Below, piece by piece: positions 58,182 to 64,000 of a stretch of 64,000 nucleotides of DNA (its first letter is position 1; each line of letters begins with the position of its first letter). Source of the DNA: an uncultured SAR86 cluster bacterium (GTDB taxonomy: Bacteria > Pseudomonadota > Gammaproteobacteria > Magnimaribacterales > AG-339-G14). The notes under the pieces are model-generated. The model was not told the DNA's origin and ran no database searches. It saw only the letters and a program-made list of their open reading frames with translations. The stretch lies in NCBI GenBank assembly GCA_902604535.1, contig CACKZK010000005.1, positions 11,020 to 75,019 on the forward strand. The letters are read 5' to 3'. A program made the translations under genes and the position numbers.

Positions 58182-60086
58182 ATGATTTTTACGAGAGGGA
58201 TATTACTCCTTGCGCTCGCCTGTGCATCTTTGTCATTGGCGTCTGCAAAAATAAATTTACGTGATGCCGATATCAAGGTTTTCATATCAGATATGGCCGG
58301 CGTGACCAATAAAACCTTTGTAGTCGATCCCCGGGTAAAAGGCTCGGTAACGGTCGCATCTGAGATTGATTTAAGCATTGATGAGGCTTACGAAGTATTT
58401 AAATCTGTCATGGCTGCCCACGCTTATTCTGTTGTTGATTATGGGAATCTTGCCAAAATAGTTCCTGAAGTCGTTGGTAGAACCGAATTTCAAGCTAACT
58501 ATTCTGAAAATAGTTTGTCCGATGGATTGGCCATCAATGTTTTTAGACCAAAAAATATTTCTGCAAAACCTTTAGTGGCTCTATTGAAACCCATTACCAA
58601 CAGATCAGGTCACCTTGAAGCCTTTGTTGATGCAAATGCAGTTTTAATTGCAGACAAGGCATCGAACATTACAAAAATCATGAACATTGCAAACGAGCTA
58701 GATCGACTTGACCAAGATTTAGTTGAATTAATCTCTCTCAAAAACTCTTCTTCTAAGGAAATGGCTAAGATTCTCAATGATCTGCATTTGAAGAGTGCAT
58801 CTAACCGAACAACTGCACAATTTAATGCTTTTGGAATTGACCGCATTAATGCCGTCTTGTTGGTTGGAAATCAAGAAGTTACAACAAAAATGAAATCTAT
58901 AGCATTTGATTTAGATAACGAAGTCAGCGAGTCCAAAAGTTTAAAAGTTAGATATTTAAAGTATGCATCTGCAGAAGAGATTAAGGATATTTTGACTAAT
59001 GTTGCAGAAAATATAGATAAGAGTCCTCAAGGGAGTTCTGGTGGTAAAATTAAGACATCTATATCAGCTCATAAAGAGACAAACTCTTTAATCATTAATG
59101 CTGATCCAGATATCCTTGGCCAATTAGAAGATGTTATAGACAAAATAGATATCAGAAGAGCTCAGGTCTTAGTCGAAGCAATTATCGTAGAAATCTCGGA
59201 ACAACTTACAAAAGATCTTGGAGTACAGATTCTTTTTCAAGGCGATGGCGTGGAACAACCAGCATTCGGTACAAGGTTTGGAAGTCCGAATCCTGATTTA
59301 AGCGCTTTTGCTGCTTCTAGCTCAAGTCTCTTGGCAGAAGAGGGCTTAGCAGGAACAGTTAAATCCGTTGCAGCATCCTCATTGCTGGGAATTGAAGGTA
59401 TAGCGGTTGGGATTGGAAAAATTGTTGCTGGTCAAAGTAGCTTTGCATCTATTTTGAATGCTATTGCAAAAGACTCAGATTCCAACGTCCTATCTACACC
59501 TTCAATCTTAACCATGGATAATGAAACTTCTTCTATTTTAGTAGGACAAGAAATTCCTATCACCACCGGAGAATCTCTAGGTGCAAACAATGCCAACCCA
59601 TTCAGAACTATTAATCGTCAAGAAATAGGAATTAAACTTTTAGTAACTCCGCAAATCAATGACGGTGACTCCATTAGACTTGATATCGAACAAGAAGTTT
59701 CCAGCTTATTCGGACCGATAACAGAAAGTGCGTCGGAGATAATTACAAACAAAAGAGAGATTCAAACTAAAGTGATGGTTGAGGATAGACAAACCGTTGT
59801 GCTTGGGGGTTTGATTGATGAAGATATTCAAGAGGTTGAAAGAAAGGTCCCTGGACTAGGAGACATCCCAGTATTTGGAAACCTTTTTAAATCAACATCA
59901 AAATCTAAGGTGAAAAGAAATCTTGTTGTGTTCCTTAAACCAACGATTATTAAAAATGCTGCTGATATGCAAACTATCAGTACTGAAAAGTACAACTTTT
60001 TGAAAGCAGAACAATTGCTATTAGAGAAAAGAGGTAAACCAGTAGTTGATCTGAGCCTCATCGAGACGTTTTTAGACGATCAGTAG
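58182..60086 (+). CDS. gspD: Type II secretion secretin D
   Basis: VDPRVKG, QVLVEAIIVE, LSTPS, VPGLGDIP. Confidence 0.95.
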   Translation: MIFTRGILLLALACASLSLASAKINLRDADIKVFISDMAGVTNKTFVVDPRVKGSVTVASEIDLSIDEAYEVFKSVMAAHAYSVVDYGNLAKIVPEVVGRTEFQANYSENSLSDGLAINVFRPKNISAKPLVALLKPITNRSGHLEAFVDANAVLIADKASNITKIMNIANELDRLDQDLVELISLKNSSSKEMAKILNDLHLKSASNRTTAQFNAFGIDRINAVLLVGNQEVTTKMKSIAFDLDNEVSESKSLKVRYLKYASAEEIKDILTNVAENIDKSPQGSSGGKIKTSISAHKETNSLIINADPDILGQLEDVIDKIDIRRAQVLVEAIIVEISEQLTKDLGVQILFQGDGVEQPAFGTRFGSPNPDLSAFAASSSSLLAEEGLAGTVKSVAASSLLGIEGIAVGIGKIVAGQSSFASILNAIAKDSDSNVLSTPSILTMDNETSSILVGQEIPITTGESLGANNANPFRTINRQEIGIKLLVTPQINDGDSIRLDIEQEVSSLFGPITESASEIITNKREIQTKVMVEDRQTVVLGGLIDEDIQEVERKVPGLGDIPVFGNLFKSTSKSKVKRNLVVFLKPTIIKNAADMQTISTEKYNFLKAEQLLLEKRGKPVVDLSLIETFLDDQ

Positions 60087-60089
60087 ATT

Positions 60090-61472
60090 ATGGAGAATAA
60101 AAATATACAAGACTTCCAACTGAGCTATAAATTTGCTCGTGAAAATGGAATCTTTATTTCAGGTATAAATGAAAACAACTTGGAAGTGTTGACTTCCGAG
60201 GACGTTAAATTAAATAAATTATCTCAATTAGAAGCTAAATTTAAGAAGCCACTAGTAATTAAATCAATATCCGGAGCTGATTTTTTCAAACACATTTCAT
60301 CTTTTTACTCAGAAAATACAGATAAATCAGAGGATATTGTTGATGGTCTTGGAGATCAGATTAATTTGGAACAATTAGCCTCCGATTTACCAAAAACAGA
60401 AGATCTGCTAGATGACTCAACCGAAGCTCCCGTAATCAGACTAATTAATGCCGTTTTATCGGAAGCAATTAAATCGAATGCTTCTGATATACACATAGAG
60501 CCTTATGAAAAAAATCTTTCTATAAGGTTTAGGGTAGACGGTATATTGAAAGAAATACTTTCTCCTAGCAGCAGAATAGCTTCTCTTTTAAATGCCAGAA
60601 TTAAAGTCATGGCTAACCTTGATATTGCAGAAAAACGAGTTCCTCAAGATGGCAGAATCTCATTAAAACTTGGAGAAAAATGGGTAGATTTAAGAGTATC
60701 GACTTTACCCTCTAATTACGGCGAGAGAATCGTTCTCAGACTTCTGGATAAATCTGAAGCAAAATTTAATTTAGATGATCTCGGCATGCCTTCTGGGCAA
60801 AAAGAAGTATTCACCAAGTCCCTCGCTCAAAATAACGGAATCATATTAGTAACAGGGCCAACCGGTTCCGGTAAAACTACAACTTTGTATGCCGGTTTAA
60901 ATCTATTGAATGATCAAAGTAGAAATATATTAACGGTTGAAGATCCGATCGAATATGCCGTAGACGGTATTGGACAAACACAAGTTAATAATAAAGTCGG
61001 AATGACTTTTGCGGCTGGACTGCGAGCAATTTTAAGACAGGACCCAGACGTGGTGATGGTAGGTGAAATAAGAGATAAAGAAACTGCAGAGATTGCAATT
61101 CAGGCATCTCTAACTGGCCACTTAGTTTTATCGACGATACACACCAATGATACCTTGGGGGCTATTACTAGACTGATAGACATGGGCGTTGAACCTTATT
61201 TATTAGCTTCATCGTTAAGAACAATAATTTCACAACGACTGGTAAGAAAACTCTCATCAGACGGAGAAACTTTTTCAGGAAGACAAGGTATTTTTGAAAT
61301 TTTAGATATCGATCAAAACGTCAAAGAACTGATTAACGATGACTTTTCTGAAAAGAAAGTCAGAGATATTATTGATCCGCAGCATGATTTTCTTGAAGAA
61401 TCAGGTCAAAAACTTATTCTGGAGGGTGTCACGACCCTTGAAGAAGTTAGAAGAGTTCTTATGGAGGCCTGA
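60090..61472 (+). CDS. gspE: Type II secretion ATPase E
   Basis: ASDIHIEP, GPTGSGKTT, LRQDPD, TGHLVLST. Confidence 0.95.
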   Translation: MENKNIQDFQLSYKFARENGIFISGINENNLEVLTSEDVKLNKLSQLEAKFKKPLVIKSISGADFFKHISSFYSENTDKSEDIVDGLGDQINLEQLASDLPKTEDLLDDSTEAPVIRLINAVLSEAIKSNASDIHIEPYEKNLSIRFRVDGILKEILSPSSRIASLLNARIKVMANLDIAEKRVPQDGRISLKLGEKWVDLRVSTLPSNYGERIVLRLLDKSEAKFNLDDLGMPSGQKEVFTKSLAQNNGIILVTGPTGSGKTTTLYAGLNLLNDQSRNILTVEDPIEYAVDGIGQTQVNNKVGMTFAAGLRAILRQDPDVVMVGEIRDKETAEIAIQASLTGHLVLSTIHTNDTLGAITRLIDMGVEPYLLASSLRTIISQRLVRKLSSDGETFSGRQGIFEILDIDQNVKELINDDFSEKKVRDIIDPQHDFLEESGQKLILEGVTTLEEVRRVLMEA

Positions 61473-62681
61473 TGCCTGCGTTTAATTACGAAGCATTATC
61501 ATCAGACGGAAAAAAAATAAAAGGCAGCTTAATAGCTGATGATATTAATTTAGCGTCTCAAGAACTAAAAAATAGGAGCCTAATTCCTATAGACGTAAAA
61601 GAAAGAAAAGCTACAGTATCCTTTTTTTAGTTTTCTATCACATAAGATTAAATCGAACGATTTAGCATTAATAACTCGTCAAATGTCCACTCTTATAAAC
61701 GCGGGTATACCTATAGATAGGTCATTAGATTCCGTTGCCGAACAGCTTTCGGATAAATCTAGTGCTAATAAACTTAAAGAAATATCCATGCGGGTAAAAG
61801 AGGGATTCAAGTTTTCTGAAGCATTGAAAGAGTTCCCCGAGTCTTTTGATAGTTTATATGTGTCACTGATTGAAGCAGGGGAATCTTCTGGGGAATTAGG
61901 AAACGTTATGGAAGAAACAGCTGACTACCTGGAAAAAAGAGCAACTCTTAATCAGGAGATTCTCGGAGCAACAATATATCCAATGGTTCTATTTGCAACC
62001 TCCTTAGTGATAATAAGTTTGCTGCTAATCTTTGTTGTCCCTAATGTTGTCTCTCAATTCGCTAACTCGAATCAGCAACTACCTTTTTTAACAATAGCGA
62101 TGTTAGGAATTTCAAACTTTTTTACAAGCATCTGGTTTGGATTGCTTGTCATTTTTTTAACCTTAATAACTTATACTGGAATCAGGTTCATTGGCATTGA
62201 TAGATTTTTTCTTTTTGTTGATAAATTCTTATTAAAACTTCCGATAATTAATAAATTTATCATTGATTCAAACTTATCAAGATTCACTAATTCTCTATCG
62301 ATTCTCAGATCTAGCAATGTCCCCATAATTAGATCATTGGATATTTCTGCTAATACTGTAAGTAATAGAATTTTAAGAAATGACATTAATTTTGCATCTG
62401 TGGAAGTCTCTGAAGGAAATTCTCTTGCAAGATCATTAAGTAAATCAAGATACATACCTTCATTAATCATTGAAATGATATCAAGCGGTGAAGCAAGTGG
62501 AGAGTTAGAAAATATGCTGATTAAGGTTTCAAAATATTTGCAGGATAGATTTAATCATTCCACTAAGATAACTTTAAATCTTTTGGAACCGGCGGTAATT
62601 ATTTTTATGGGTGGATTTGTATCTTTGATTGTTTTGGCAATTCTTTTACCGTTGATTCAGTTAAATACATTTAGCCTATAA
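61472..62681 (+). pseudogene. gspF: Type II secretion protein F, split by +1 frameshift in T7 run (61622-61628)
   Basis: ATG 61472 gives MPAFNYEALSSDGKKIKG..VSFF then TAG; removing one T joins it to the 61683-62681 frame (AGESSG, GEASGEL, LLEP). May be a sequencing error. Confidence 0.8.
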
Positions 62682-62694
62682 CGAGGAGTAAAAT

Positions 62695-63126
62695 ATGATG
62701 ATGAAAAAAATAAAATTAAAAGGCTTTACACTCATTGAAATATTGGTTGTCTTGATGATTTTAGGTTTATTGACTGCTGTAATTGCTATCAATGTTTTAC
62801 CGAGTCAAGAGAGGGCAAGAGAAGATAAAGCAAAAGCTGACATTAGACTTCTGGAACAAGCGCTTGAACTATATCGTCTGGATATGATTTCTTACCCAAA
62901 TTCCAGAGAAGGTCTTCAAGCTCTTGTGACAGTGCCTGAAAATCATAGATTTAAGGAAAGATATAGGTCAGGAGGGTACGTAAGGAGACTTGAACAAGAT
63001 CCCTGGGGAAACGATTATAAATATAGAAGACCCGGAAGATTTGGAACTTTTGATTTATATTCTCTAGGTGCAGACGGAGAAGAGGGTGGAGAAGGATCGG
63101 ACAAAGATATTGGAAACTGGGAATAA
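62695..63126 (+). CDS. gspG: Major pseudopilin GspG
   Basis: GFTLIEILVV, YRLD, DPWG, SLGADG, DIGNW. Confidence 0.95.
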   Translation: MMMKKIKLKGFTLIEILVVLMILGLLTAVIAINVLPSQERAREDKAKADIRLLEQALELYRLDMISYPNSREGLQALVTVPENHRFKERYRSGGYVRRLEQDPWGNDYKYRRPGRFGTFDLYSLGADGEEGGEGSDKDIGNWE

Positions 63127-63490
63127 AACATTACCTGGCTTCACAATAATAGAAATCTTAGTGGCTTTCTTTATTCTTGCTATTGCTGCGCTGGCTTTCT
63201 CTTCACTTATCACTGATTCTTCAAGATCCATTAGCTTAATCGAAGAAAGATTCTTAGCGAATAATATTGCTGAAAACTTAGCTCTAAAAAACTTAGTCAA
63301 GGATGATTATCTTACTTCTTCGCAATATGATGAAGGAGAAGAAACATTTTTAGGTATGCCGTTCATTTGGGAAAGGGAGTTAGCAACTTCAATTGAGAGA
63401 AATAGAATTGAAATTGAAATAAAAGTTTTTTCTGAAAATGGTGATTTAGTAGGGAAATCAAAAGTTTTTAAAGAGGTTTTGGCCCAATGA
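63110..63490 (+). CDS. gspI: Minor pseudopilin GspI (TTG 63110 preferred)
   Basis: GFTIIEILVA prepilin motif, size and position. Confidence 0.8.
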   Translation: METGNKTLPGFTIIEILVAFFILAIAALAFSSLITDSSRSISLIEERFLANNIAENLALKNLVKDDYLTSSQYDEGEETFLGMPFIWERELATSIERNRIEIEIKVFSENGDLVGKSKVFKEVLAQ

Positions 63491-64000
63491 AAGGCTTATC
63501 CTTAGTCGAAATGCTCATTGCAATATCTTTATTCGCTCTCTTGGCATTATTAGGTTCATCCTTATTGAATACATCCGTTTCTTCTAATCTTTCCATTCAA
63601 GAAAAAAATGATAGGTTGGATAAATTAGTACTTTTAAATAAATATTTAAGACAAGATTTTACGCAATCCGTAAATACAATTCCAAGAGATGAAATGGGCG
63701 CTTATGAATTATCAACTATGGAGTTAAATTCGTCGGATTCTGACGAAATTTTACTAAGGTTAATAAAGCTTTCAGACACAGATGGGCTCGAAGATACCGG
63801 CGCCCTTAGAAAAATAATTTATAAATTAGATAACGGTGAATTGATCAGAGAATCCTACAGGTACATAGATAATGAGGAACCTTTTCAAACTGAAACCTTG
63901 CTCGATGAAGTAGATTATGTGGATCTTGAAATATTTTTTGAAAATGTCTCCTATGAAGCATGGCCTGTTTCGGAAGAAATATTTTTTGATAGTAGTCTTC
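63487..64000 (+). CDS. gspJ: Minor pseudopilin GspJ (partial; not in ORF track)
   Basis: MKGLSLVEMLIAISLFALLALLG prepilin motif, LRQDFTQ; ATG overlaps gspI stop. Confidence 0.82.
   Translation, partial: MKGLSLVEMLIAISLFALLALLGSSLLNTSVSSNLSIQEKNDRLDKLVLLNKYLRQDFTQSVNTIPRDEMGAYELSTMELNSSDSDEILLRLIKLSDTDGLEDTGALRKIIYKLDNGELIRESYRYIDNEEPFQTETLLDEVDYVDLEIFFENVSYEAWPVSEEIFFDSSL

Noticed and set aside
582-63300. Many 60-190 aa ORFs antisense or out of frame within long genes (e.g. 30130-30696, 41530-42000, 14030-14407)
   Set aside because: Shadow ORFs of well-supported genes with no recognisable motifs

Overview
AT-rich, densely packed chromosome segment with very short or overlapping intergenic spaces. 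Gene content (plsB, yajC-secDF, suhB-trmJ, proteorhodopsin, TonB receptors, many beta-oxidation enzymes, T2SS) suggests a streamlined marine gammaproteobacterium, most likely SAR86-like (inference, not a database result). It holds about 57 CDS and 3 tRNAs (Leu-CAA, Glu-TTC, Gly-GCC); I found no CRISPR array, IS element or prophage. The main discovery is missing from the ORF track. Just downstream of glnK-amtB is a self-contained unit (9495-9915): an extended -10 promoter, a glutamine-riboswitch-like RNA (glnA/Downstream-peptide class) with an unusually expanded P3 arm, a strong SD, a 53-aa basic peptide with three YRG repeats, and a terminator. The YRG repeats resemble both DUF4278 peptides and the YRG tip of the neighbouring GlnK T-loop, suggesting an RNA-sensed nitrogen control circuit outside cyanobacteria. 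Other notable items: a sigma32 promoter plus ROSE thermometer before hsp20, a PQQ-dehydrogenase/thioredoxin fusion, an alternative oxidase, an unannotated 45-aa Lys-rich ORF, and a ~20 kb phosphate-starvation region (plcP-agt, atypical phoBR, ppk2/ppx, pit, Pho box-lipoprotein-TonB receptor-T2SS) with a homopolymer frameshift in gspF. All product calls come from motif recognition by eye.
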